A stretch of 53,993 nucleotides of DNA. Origin: Candidatus Azambacteria bacterium. Its GTDB lineage: Bacteria; Patescibacteriota; Minisyncoccia; GWC2-36-17; WO2-46-25. The position numbers and the translations under genes are program-made. The notes beneath the pieces were generated by a model that did not search any database, was not told the DNA's origin, and was given only the letters and a program-made list of their open reading frames with translations. Location: NCBI GenBank assembly GCA_016200965.1, contig JACQDT010000013.1, positions 1-53,993 of the forward strand. Direction: 5' to 3'. Positions 26,395-35,123 of this stretch are shown piece by piece (position 1 is the first letter of the stretch; the number at the start of each line of letters is the position of its first letter).

Positions 26395-26418
26395 GGTAAG
26401 ACAAATAACGTCTTTCTG

Positions 26419-27744
26419 CTACTGGAGATTGCCTCCGTCCTGATAGTTGTCTCTTTCGGTCTCGTCAACGGTCACAATGTCTTCCCATTTGAATCCACGG
26501 CGGTTAAACACGCTTTCAGAGGGAATCCATTGCCGCTTGCCGCCGGAGATAAAGTATACCTTTGCATCTCCCGAGGCGCGCAAAAGTGTTACGTTTGATA
26601 CCGTGGAATAATAAGCGAGTTCGCGCGGGCTTATCACGGTAACATCGGACCAATCCAACCCCTGCGCTTCAAACGCGGACGGATCGGCAACATGGCGTTT
26701 CTTGCCACCCGAGACAATATATACGGCGGGATTGTCACTGCTTCTGATGAGCGAACTATCCGCGTAAGCATCCACAACGGCTTGCGACATAATATTAATG
26801 TTGTCCCATTTTAAACCCATGTCCTCAAACGCCCTCGCGCTTGGGATGTGTCGCCTCTTGCCATCTTTGATAATGTAGACCTCCTGACCGTCTGATGATC
26901 TTAGAATCGTTCCGTCGGGAAGATCCGTCGCCTGCCTGAACCGAACCATTGTTGAACCGCCAAACGTCTGTCCGCTGATGACACCCGAGATAATAATTTG
27001 TTTGGGCGTGAATATGGGATTGGTTGAGGTGGCGGCCTGCGGTGAGCTTGTCGAACCCGTAGAAGTGGTTGTCGTTCCCTGCGCGAGCAGATCAATCACC
27101 GCGCGGCGCGAGAATTTCAGATGCAAGCGGCTTTCGCGGTCGCGATCTTCATCGTCATGCTTTTTGTCTTTCTTCGCTTTCACTTTCACGCGTTCCGGCG
27201 AGAGCGTGCCGTTGAGTTTCACCGATGACATGTCCGCATCACGCGCGTCGTATCCTTCCGGAAACATCACGCGAACCTCAACCCATCTGCCCTTGCTTCT
27301 TCCATTTATGGTTTTTGGTTCAACTTTAACACCCACAGTGATAATCCCCACCACTGACGGCGTGGTGGTCGCGGGAGCTGAAAACGTGGTAAATGACTGA
27401 TCGGTGAATGTGGCAAGATTGCCCGCCTCATCCCGTGACTTCACGATGAAATGGTAGGTGGTGGACGCGGTGAGTCCGGACAAGTTCACCGTGTGCGCGG
27501 TGGTCGTCGCCGTCTGCAATGCGCTTGAAAAACCGTACGCGGTGGTGGTGCCGTAATCCGCCTGCGTGTCTGAGGGCTCGTCGGTCGTCCATGAAATAGT
27601 GGACGTGGCATGCGTAACGTCCGAAACCCCTACGCCGCTGATAACAGGCGGGGTCATGTCTGCCGCATGAGCAAACATCGCAAGAGTTCCCACAAACGCA
27701 AACACCAAAAGAGCGTTTGCCGCAATCAATATACGTTTTGACAT
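26419..27744 (-). CDS. Secreted/surface protein with FN3-like domain and three CPR-type repeats
   Basis: Signal peptide, ISWTTDEPS..YGTT (FN3/PAP-N-like), three copies of LxRxx..VYxxxxGKxxxI..FxxxGxxW. Confidence 0.85.
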   Translation of the reverse strand: MSKRILIAANALLVFAFVGTLAMFAHAADMTPPVISGVGVSDVTHATSTISWTTDEPSDTQADYGTTTAYGFSSALQTATTTAHTVNLSGLTASTTYHFIVKSRDEAGNLATFTDQSFTTFSAPATTTPSVVGIITVGVKVEPKTINGRSKGRWVEVRVMFPEGYDARDADMSSVKLNGTLSPERVKVKAKKDKKHDDEDRDRESRLHLKFSRRAVIDLLAQGTTTTSTGSTSSPQAATSTNPIFTPKQIIISGVISGQTFGGSTMVRFRQATDLPDGTILRSSDGQEVYIIKDGKRRHIPSARAFEDMGLKWDNINIMSQAVVDAYADSSLIRSSDNPAVYIVSGGKKRHVADPSAFEAQGLDWSDVTVISPRELAYYSTVSNVTLLRASGDAKVYFISGGKRQWIPSESVFNRRGFKWEDIVTVDETERDNYQDGGNLQ

Positions 27745-27791
27745 ACGAATAAATTTAATAATGAGCCCTTTTAAAGGCTCTCGCTACATGA

Positions 27792-27817
27792 GACGATATG
27801 ATTCCTTTTGTGTTACA
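27792..27817 (-). promoter_or_regulatory. Candidate ECF-sigma promoter TGTAAC-N16-CGTC
   Basis: Motif lies 48 nt upstream of the 27744 start and matches the SigX-type consensus tGtAAC-N16-CGwC. Confidence 0.55.
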
Positions 27818-27825
27818 TGTTACAT

Positions 27826-29244
27826 CTAATACGAAAACCGCGCCACCAAAAGGCCGTCTTTGTCGCGCAATATGATCGCGTCGCTGTCGTTGGGCCATAT
27901 TTCCTTTGACTGGTTCATATACACCCTCCATTCGTCCAGCAAAAAATCATAATACGTATGATTTCTCTCCACGCACTGGGAATAGCTGAACCGCTCTTTC
28001 ACATAATCATGGCACTCCGTATCCAAAAGCGGATCGCCCGCGTTCGCTTCCTTGCAGGACGAAAGCCCCGCAATCACCTTTTGGCAGTATGTGCTTAACC
28101 GCTTTACTTCATCCTGATTCGTCTGCGGACACATATTGGGAAGCGCTGGGGTGAATTTATAATATGTATTGAGATACCCGACGCATTTATTCAGACGAAA
28201 ATTAACGCCCGACGGGCTGACGCCGCTATATAAAATTATCTTGCTTTTTGAAGTGAGCATAAGCGGAACTTTGTATTCATACAATGGCTGATTGGATATT
28301 TCGTACGCCTCGGACGGGATCGCAAACCCCGTATTGCGCCTTTCGCTCCCCAGCATCCACCCGCCGATGGCGATAGGGTCGTTTGCGCCTATGGACGCAA
28401 GCGTTATCTGTTCCTGCAAAGGATCCGTCGCGCGCGGAGAACCGGAAAGAGAAATTTTTCCGAAATACGGTGATATTTTCAGCTCAAATGAATACCATTT
28501 GGGAATTTTATCCACGTTGCCGTCGGGATCTTTCGCGCGCGCGAAAAAACGGTATACGCCGTTCTTTTTAGGAAGCGTGATCCGCCGCTCCTGCCCAGAG
28601 GTAACCCATCCCGAATCCACGCCTTCAAGGAACGTTTCAAAGGTAAGCGCGCGGTTGTCCTGGCGCGCCACCACGCCGGTAATTTTAAATTTCACGGAAA
28701 CATCTTCCGCCATCGCCGGCGGGGTTTCCTGTATCACGGTCAGTGGCCGCGCCGTGAACTGCGGGGCGCTTATCAGCTTCCCTTCAGATATGCTCTTGAG
28801 TTTCTTGGGGGACACATCATGAATGGAATACCACTCAAGTCCGAGACGGCCGAAATCCTGTTCTGTTTGAATCCAGCGCCGCGCGCCCCTCTCAACGAGA
28901 TACACCTTCACTCCGTCGCCTCCTTCTGCCTTGTTTGCGCGCACAAGCGCTCCGTCGGGGTATCTGCTTTTTGAGTCAAGATTTTTTCCCGTCGGATATC
29001 CGAGCAGATCCTCATCGGAAACGGTCTGGATCGCGTCCCAGTTGAATTCAAATGAGTTGAATGCGGCCGCATCGGGCACCCATCGCTTCATGCCGTTTTC
29101 AAGAAAATATACCCGCTCGCCGCTTCCTTTCATCAGGGTTCCTTCGTTCTGTGCAAAAAACGCATATCCTTGAAAAGGAAACACAAAAAAACCAACGGAG
29201 AGGAAAGCAGTTACATAAAGGGTTCTAAATGCAGGGGTCTTCAT
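27826..29244 (-). CDS. Secreted protein with CPR-type repeats, Ig-like domain and Cys-rich lamin-tail-like domain
   Basis: Two VYxxExGxxRW..F..W repeats, YRFFARAKDPDGNVD, IWPNDSDAIILRDKDG. Confidence 0.75.
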   Translation of the reverse strand: MKTPAFRTLYVTAFLSVGFFVFPFQGYAFFAQNEGTLMKGSGERVYFLENGMKRWVPDAAAFNSFEFNWDAIQTVSDEDLLGYPTGKNLDSKSRYPDGALVRANKAEGGDGVKVYLVERGARRWIQTEQDFGRLGLEWYSIHDVSPKKLKSISEGKLISAPQFTARPLTVIQETPPAMAEDVSVKFKITGVVARQDNRALTFETFLEGVDSGWVTSGQERRITLPKKNGVYRFFARAKDPDGNVDKIPKWYSFELKISPYFGKISLSGSPRATDPLQEQITLASIGANDPIAIGGWMLGSERRNTGFAIPSEAYEISNQPLYEYKVPLMLTSKSKIILYSGVSPSGVNFRLNKCVGYLNTYYKFTPALPNMCPQTNQDEVKRLSTYCQKVIAGLSSCKEANAGDPLLDTECHDYVKERFSYSQCVERNHTYYDFLLDEWRVYMNQSKEIWPNDSDAIILRDKDGLLVARFSY

Positions 29245-29369
29245 AGCCCTCAATGATACAATGCGTGGGGAATAAGTCAAGATGAAACGCATCGCTTTTT
29301 GTGGTAGAATAGGAATTCCAAGAGAAACCAAAGGTCGAAGAAACTCAATTATAGTGTAACATATTTTAT

Positions 29370-29663
29370 ATGGCTATCGTAAAAACAAAAAAGAGCGCAA
29401 CGGCCGCCAAAGCCCCCAAACCAATCGGCGCAGTCACCCACTATTACGGCGGCGTCGGCGTCGCGATTGTGAAGTTCAATCGCGCCGTGAAAGTCGGGGA
29501 AACGGTGCACTTCAAAGGAGCGAACACCGACTTCACGCAACCCATCTCTTCCATGCAATTTGACCACAAGGACATACAAAGCGCGAAAAAGGGGCAGGAG
29601 GTCGGCATAAAAGTTGACGACAAAGTCCGGGAAGGCGACAACGTATACGAAGCGGAAAAATAA
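29370..29663 (+). CDS. Translation-factor-like beta-barrel protein (U32 C-terminal-like)
   Basis: IGAVTHYY..VGVA...VGETVHFKG...AKKGQEVGIKV..KVREGDNVY. Confidence 0.75.
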   Translation: MAIVKTKKSATAAKAPKPIGAVTHYYGGVGVAIVKFNRAVKVGETVHFKGANTDFTQPISSMQFDHKDIQSAKKGQEVGIKVDDKVREGDNVYEAEK

Positions 29664-29681
29664 TAATTAAATAAGGAAGAT

Positions 29682-30191
29682 ATGAAAAGGGGAAGAAACG
29701 CTTACACTCCCGGGCAAAGGCCGTTGCGCGGGCATACGAATGAATTCCCCAAAGGAAAAGGGGGCGTGGTGTTTTGCAAGGTATGCAACATCGTATACTT
29801 TAAAAAATCGTGGCATCACAATCTCCGCCGCCACAAAAACCTCCACGAAGACCTGGCGGTGGCGTTCGTCGTCTGCCCCGCCTGCGCGATGATACAAAAC
29901 GGGAAGTATGAAGGGAGGGTCGTCCTTACCAATATGCCTCCGCTTGTCCGGGAAAATCTTGAAAATCTCATCCATGCGTTTACCCATCGCGCATATCAAA
30001 GAGACCCGCTGGACCGTTTGATAGCGATCAAAAAGCAGAACGCCACATTTGAAATCACGACCACCGAAAACCAGCTCGCGGCGAAACTTGCCAAAAAAAT
30101 CAAAGACGTGTACAAAAAAGTACGCGTGAACGTCTCATACGGCCACGCGAAAGACAAAGCGTCTGAAATCACCATCGCGTTTCTCTCGTGA
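29682..30191 (+). CDS. NMD3-related / BCAM0308-family zinc-binding protein
   Basis: CKVC, VCPAC, DPLDRLI, ITTTENQLA. Confidence 0.7.
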   Translation: MKRGRNAYTPGQRPLRGHTNEFPKGKGGVVFCKVCNIVYFKKSWHHNLRRHKNLHEDLAVAFVVCPACAMIQNGKYEGRVVLTNMPPLVRENLENLIHAFTHRAYQRDPLDRLIAIKKQNATFEITTTENQLAAKLAKKIKDVYKKVRVNVSYGHAKDKASEITIAFLS

Positions 30192-30194
30192 AGC

Positions 30195-30267
30195 GTCCCT
30201 ATAGCTCAACTGGATAGAGCGCAGCCCTCCGAAGGCTGAGATTGAGGTTCGAGCCCTCATAGGGACA
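30195..30267 (+). tRNA. tRNA-Arg(CCG)
   Basis: Acceptor stem GTCCCTA/TAGGGAC, anticodon arm CAGCC-CTCCGAA-GGCTG, GGTTCGAGCC; no encoded CCA. Confidence 0.95.
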
Positions 30268-30284
30268 CTAAGGTTCAATTTTTA

Positions 30285-30313
30285 CCCCGCACCGAACTTG
30301 TTCTGGTGCGGGG
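30285..30313. repeat. REP-like palindrome CCCCGCACC...GGTGCGGGG
   Basis: Hairpin downstream of the tRNA; a degenerate copy brackets the element at 15259. Confidence 0.55.
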
Positions 30314-30354
30314 CCTGTCGAGAGCACAATTCATAACTTGGTCGGAAAATTTAT

Positions 30355-31125
30355 ATGAGATTAGCTCTTAATGCGACATTAGCAAAAAACTATACAAGCC
30401 AATCACAAAAGGTTCGTGTTTTAACTGAAGCATGGGTTGATAATGCTGTCTTTTGTCCAAACTGTGGGCACCCCGATATTGATAAATCTCCGAATAATCA
30501 GCCCGTTGCCGATTTTTACTGCTTAAATTGCCGAGAAGAATATGAATTGAAAAGCAAGCAAAATACAATCGGTACGAAAATTGTGGATGGCGCGCATCGC
30601 ACGATGCTCGAACGGCTTACAAGTAGCAACAATCCGAATTTTTTTCTGCTAAACTATGACCCATCGAATCTCGAAGTAATAAATTTTCTTGTTATTCCAA
30701 AACACTTTTTCGTACCAGAAATTATCGAGAAAAGGAAACCTCTTTCGACGATGGCTCAGCGTGCTGGTTGGATTGGTTGCAATATTCTTCTACGAAGTAT
30801 CCCACAAACCGGCAAAATATTTTTCATAAAAAATAAACAGGTTGAGCCAAAAAAGAAAGTGCTTGCTGAATGGCAAAAAACACTTTTCTTGCGCGAGGAA
30901 AAGGAAATTTCGGCGAGGGGTTGGCTACTTGATGTAATGCGCTGCGTAGACAAGCTCGAGAGAAAAGAATTTAAACTCGATGACATATATACGTTTGAAA
31001 AAGAGTTGAACCAGTTACATCCCGACAATAAACACATTAAAGATAAAGTTCGCCAACAGCTACAAGTCTTGCGCGATAAAGGATACCTTGATTTTGTAGA
31101 GAGAGGAACTTATCAACTGCGATAG
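30355..31125 (+). CDS. DpnI-like (Dam-replacing family) modification-dependent restriction endonuclease
   Basis: FCPNCG...NNQPVADFYC..C.EEYELKSK, RAGWIGCNI, C-terminal wHTH NKHIKDKVRQQLQVLRD. Confidence 0.92.
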   Translation: MRLALNATLAKNYTSQSQKVRVLTEAWVDNAVFCPNCGHPDIDKSPNNQPVADFYCLNCREEYELKSKQNTIGTKIVDGAHRTMLERLTSSNNPNFFLLNYDPSNLEVINFLVIPKHFFVPEIIEKRKPLSTMAQRAGWIGCNILLRSIPQTGKIFFIKNKQVEPKKKVLAEWQKTLFLREEKEISARGWLLDVMRCVDKLERKEFKLDDIYTFEKELNQLHPDNKHIKDKVRQQLQVLRDKGYLDFVERGTYQLR

Positions 31126-31183
31126 TTGACTTTTATTCATATTCGATCAAAGATCAGATCATTAATAATTAGATGATTTTTTT

Positions 31184-31657
31184 ATGAAAATCTCTAGAGA
31201 ACTTGCAATACAAATTTTAAAATATTGTCACGAACACAAAGACTTTTATTTTCCATTTTTAGTGGTGTGCAAAGAATATACTCCGGAAGATGATGATTTT
31301 GTAGAAATTGAATCTGAAGAATGGGAGACCATATTGGGAGATAAAACGTATGAAACTTTTGAACTTTGGGAAAATCTGCAAGATTTAAGAGAAGGAACCG
31401 TAGAACATCTTACAAATGGTTTCATCCAAATCATTATTGGGCAGTCGCTTGAAAAACATATTTATACTCTTGCAAAAAATTACCGAAGACAATGGCAAAA
31501 TGGTTTGTGTGAAAGTGAAAAAATTGAGAAATATGGACTGAATGAATTTATTGGGGGGAAGGCGGACGCATATGAGGATTGCTTGTATTTAATCAAAAAA
31601 TATCAGGGCATCTCTAGTAATCAGAATTCAATTTTCATAAAATACGAAGATGAATAA
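31184..31657 (+). CDS. Hypothetical acidic protein
   Basis: 157-aa ORF in an AT-rich island; no recognised motif. Confidence 0.65.
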   Translation: MKISRELAIQILKYCHEHKDFYFPFLVVCKEYTPEDDDFVEIESEEWETILGDKTYETFELWENLQDLREGTVEHLTNGFIQIIIGQSLEKHIYTLAKNYRRQWQNGLCESEKIEKYGLNEFIGGKADAYEDCLYLIKKYQGISSNQNSIFIKYEDE

Positions 31658-31706
31658 ACAATTAAAAGTGAGTTAATTAAGTGTGTATAACTTCTTTACA
31701 TTGCAA

Positions 31707-31735
31707 TTGACAAAAAATCCTTCATTATCTACACT
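31707..31735 (+). promoter_or_regulatory. Sigma70 promoter TTGACA-N17-TACACT
   Basis: 6 nt upstream of the 31742 ATG. Confidence 0.7.
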
Positions 31736-31741
31736 GGCTGT

Positions 31742-32533
31742 ATGCTTGCTAAATTCATTCGCGAACAACGCAAAAAGCGGAGTCTGACACAAGAATTTTT
31801 GGCGTCCGCGCTCGGCGTTTCCCGCCCCACCTATCTCCAAATAGAGCAAGGCGGGCGCGATTTGACTGTTACCGAAGCAAGAAAGCTAGCGGAAGTTTTT
31901 GATATTTCGTTTGAGAGTTTTTTGCGTGAAAAAGAAGGATTTAAAACAATCGTGAAAATAGGGGTTGGAAAGAAACGGGTACGTGAAGCTGAAAATGAGA
32001 TTCGTATCAGCATACCGCAAGAGAAAACGGATAAGTTCCGACAAGTACTTCTTTACATTTTGAAAAAAGTTGGCGGCAAACCGAATGTCGGTATGACAGT
32101 GCTGTATAAATTGCTCTACTTTATTGATTTTGATTACTACGAGAAATACGAAGACCAGTTGATGGGTTTGGTATATCTCAAGAATCATCGGGGACCAACA
32201 CCGCTTTTATTTGAAAACCTTATCGATAATATGGTGAAAAATGGAGAAGTGGAGATTATTAAGAGTAAGTTTTATCAATACCCTCAGACGAAGTACTTGG
32301 TGAACCCAAAAGTTGAGCCTGATTTAAGCATCCTGAACGGAAAAGAGCAGGAACATATTGATTGGGAATTGCAACGGCTTTCCGACATGACGGCGAGCCA
32401 GCTTTCCGATTTATCACATAAAGATGTGCCTTGGGTAAGCGCAGAGAGCAGTAAACCGCTTGATTACGAATCGGTTTTCTACCGTACGCCTGAGACGTCA
32501 GTACGCGAATATGGCAACACCGACGAAGATTGA
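31742..32533 (+). CDS. XRE-HTH plus DUF4065 (Panacea/SocA) antitoxin
   Basis: HTH LTQEFLA..LGVSRPTY; KLLYFIDF, GPTP, LSDLSHKDVPW. Confidence 0.88.
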   Translation: MLAKFIREQRKKRSLTQEFLASALGVSRPTYLQIEQGGRDLTVTEARKLAEVFDISFESFLREKEGFKTIVKIGVGKKRVREAENEIRISIPQEKTDKFRQVLLYILKKVGGKPNVGMTVLYKLLYFIDFDYYEKYEDQLMGLVYLKNHRGPTPLLFENLIDNMVKNGEVEIIKSKFYQYPQTKYLVNPKVEPDLSILNGKEQEHIDWELQRLSDMTASQLSDLSHKDVPWVSAESSKPLDYESVFYRTPETSVREYGNTDED

Positions 32534-32816
32534 GTACGACGCGACTGATGTCTTTCAAAAAGATCTCAAACAACTCCTCAAGAAATTCCAAACGCTTGAA
32601 GAAGATTTGGAAACCGCCAAACGCAACGCGATAGAACTTTACCACCTCAAAAATATAAACAATCGGGGTGTCTTTCCTATCCCTAATTTTTGCAACGAAA
32701 CGATACTGGTTTGCAAAATCAAGAAGTTTGCCTGCAAGGCCCTCAAAGGACGAGGAGTGATGAGCGGCATCCGTATTATTTATGCATATCACAAAGAGTA
32801 TTTGAAAAATTTCTAA
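32511..32816 (+). CDS. RelE/ParE-like toxin, apparently C-terminally truncated
   Basis: FQKDLKQLLKKF...KGRGVMSGIRIIYAY, then an early stop. Confidence 0.65.
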   Translation: MATPTKIEYDATDVFQKDLKQLLKKFQTLEEDLETAKRNAIELYHLKNINNRGVFPIPNFCNETILVCKIKKFACKALKGRGVMSGIRIIYAYHKEYLKNF

Positions 32817-32919
32817 CTTTTCGTATTTTTTGTCGATCGATTCTAAGGATTCCCCTTGCGTCAACGATACTATAATGTATAGTACAGAAACATGCTCTTA
32901 ACACGAAAGGAGGCGCGAC

Positions 32920-33108
32920 ATGACTTCTGTGAGTCGGATAGAAAAACGGAAAACGTTCTGCCAGTACTGCGGTGCCACGGTGACAGGCGAAAGCGATTTG
33001 TTTGAATGCCCCGGATGCGGACAGCTGTATTGCAAAGACCACATCGTCGTCGTGAAAAGCGAAATCGGCGACATCCTCTGTACCTTTTGCGCAGGAGACC
33101 AAATATAA
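32920..33108 (+). CDS. Small zinc-finger protein (AN1/B-box-like)
   Basis: CQYC, CPGC, CKDH, CTFC; strong SD AAGGAGG. Confidence 0.7.
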   Translation: MTSVSRIEKRKTFCQYCGATVTGESDLFECPGCGQLYCKDHIVVVKSEIGDILCTFCAGDQI

Positions 33109-33145
33109 ACCGCTTTGATTTCAAACCTCGAGCGGTTTTTGTTTT

Positions 33146-34384
33146 CTATTCGTATCGCAACGCTTCAATAGGATCCTTTCTTGCGGCTTGCCTTGCAGGA
33201 TACAAACCAAATACAAGGCCGACCGCGGCGGACACGCCAAGCCCGAGCAAAGCCGCCGACACGGGGAATGAGAACGCCCACCCCACCGCAAGCACCCTGC
33301 TTAATATGAATGAAACGGCAAACGAAAGCCCCGCCCCAAACGAAATGCCGATGACGCCGCCGATTCCGGTGAGTATGATGGATTCCAAAAGAAACTGGCT
33401 CAGCACGTCATTCTCTGTCGCGCCGAGCGCCTTGCGGAGACCGATTTCGCGCGTGCGCTCCGTGACGGAGACCAGCATGATATTCATGATGCCGATGCCG
33501 CCCACCACCAAAGAAATCGCCGCAACCGACGCCAAAAAGAGAGTAAGATTGTCGGTGATGCTCCCCAGGCGTTTCGCGAGATCGGCCTGGGTTTCCACGA
33601 AGAAATCGTCCTTGCTCGGATTGTCTATGTGATGTGCTTCCCGCAAAGTCGCCTGAATATCCCTGACCGTTTGCGGGATCTCTGCCGTTGATTTCGCCTC
33701 AACGATAAAACGATGAAAATACTTGATGCCGAATACATACTGCTGGGCGGTGCTGTAAGGAATGAGCGCCGCTTCATCAAAATTGAAAAAGGACACCTGC
33801 CCCTTTTTCGCAAGGATCCCGATGACGCGCAAACTTCTGTTTTTTATCTTGATCTTCTGCCCGAGCGCGTTTGAAGACCCGAATAATTGATCCTTCACTT
33901 TGGAACCGATCACCACCACGTCGGCGCGGCCTTTCACGTCGTCTTCGGTGAAAAACGCTCCTTCGGACAAAGATATGTCGAAAATCTTCGCGATCAGATC
34001 GGACGCGCCGAAGATCGTGAGCCGGTATGTTTCCGAACCGTACGCCCCCGTGTCGCCACCGAACACGATTGGCATGATTTCAGAAAGGGCGGGCACGTTT
34101 GATTTTCTCTTGAGCGCCTCCAGGTCGCGCTCTTTGAGCGAGTCGGAAAACACCTGCGGCGCATCGCTTGGCCCCTTAGGCTCTCTGCCCGGGATGACAA
34201 CGATGGTATTGGAGCCGAGCCCCTGCACCTGCCCCAAAATCAGATCCTGCGCGCCCGCCCCCAAAGCCATCACCACGATAATGGAGGTAATGCCGATGAC
34301 AATGCCAAGCACGGTGAGCGCCGAGCGCGATTTGTTCACCCTAAGCCCCCGAAGCGCGGTTTTGAATGTGTGTGCGAGCGTCAT
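33146..34384 (-). CDS. MacB-like ABC transporter permease
   Basis: RSALTVLGIVIG, GGIGIMNIMLVSVTERTREIG, DPIEALRYE. Confidence 0.95.
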   Translation of the reverse strand: MTLAHTFKTALRGLRVNKSRSALTVLGIVIGITSIIVVMALGAGAQDLILGQVQGLGSNTIVVIPGREPKGPSDAPQVFSDSLKERDLEALKRKSNVPALSEIMPIVFGGDTGAYGSETYRLTIFGASDLIAKIFDISLSEGAFFTEDDVKGRADVVVIGSKVKDQLFGSSNALGQKIKIKNRSLRVIGILAKKGQVSFFNFDEAALIPYSTAQQYVFGIKYFHRFIVEAKSTAEIPQTVRDIQATLREAHHIDNPSKDDFFVETQADLAKRLGSITDNLTLFLASVAAISLVVGGIGIMNIMLVSVTERTREIGLRKALGATENDVLSQFLLESIILTGIGGVIGISFGAGLSFAVSFILSRVLAVGWAFSFPVSAALLGLGVSAAVGLVFGLYPARQAARKDPIEALRYE

Positions 34385-35100
34385 TTTTTGAAATGATCCT
34401 TTGCTTCGCGGCGATGATTGACCGCGGTGTCGCTTTCCACCTTCCCGTCGCGCATGCGCACGATGCGGCGCGCGAGTTCGGCGGTGTAGGTCTCGTGCGT
34501 CACTAAAATCACGGTGTGGCCGCGCTCTTCGTTGAGCCGTTGGATGATTTCCATGACGAGCTGTCCCGATTTGGAATCAAGGTTTCCCGTCGGCTCGTCG
34601 GCAAAAATAACTTCGGGTTTGTTTACCAGCGCGCGGGCGATCGCCACGCGCTGTTTTTCTCCGCCCGAAAGCTGCGAGGGTTCATGGAACATGCGGTGCG
34701 CAAGCCCCACCGACTCAACCGCTTCGCGCGCGAACTTGTCCCACAGCGATTCTTTCACGTCCGAATACAAAAGCGGGAGCTTCACATTCTCAAACACGCT
34801 GGTCCGGGGCAACAGATTGAACGCCTGAAACACGAAACCCGCCTTTTTATTGCGCAGGTGGGCGATTTCCTCTTTTGAATACTCCGCTATCTTTTTCCCT
34901 TCAAAACGATATTCACCCGCGGTGGGAACATCCAAAAATCCAAGCATGTGGAGCAATGTTGACTTACCCGAACCCGAGGGCCCCATAATGGCAAGGAACT
35001 CCCCCTTCTCAATGTGCAAAGACAGGTCATCCAAAGCGACCGTATCGACTCCCTCCATGGAATATATTTTTTTGAGATGAGAGATTTCTATGAGGGCCAC
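34381..35100 (-). CDS. ABC transporter ATP-binding protein (MacB/LolD-type)
   Basis: GPSGSGKST, LSGGEKQR, ADEPTGNLD. Confidence 0.95.
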   Translation of the reverse strand: MALIEISHLKKIYSMEGVDTVALDDLSLHIEKGEFLAIMGPSGSGKSTLLHMLGFLDVPTAGEYRFEGKKIAEYSKEEIAHLRNKKAGFVFQAFNLLPRTSVFENVKLPLLYSDVKESLWDKFAREAVESVGLAHRMFHEPSQLSGGEKQRVAIARALVNKPEVIFADEPTGNLDSKSGQLVMEIIQRLNEERGHTVILVTHETYTAELARRIVRMRDGKVESDTAVNHRREAKDHFKK

Positions 35101-35123
35101 GGCTTTTAGAACTCATTATTTTT

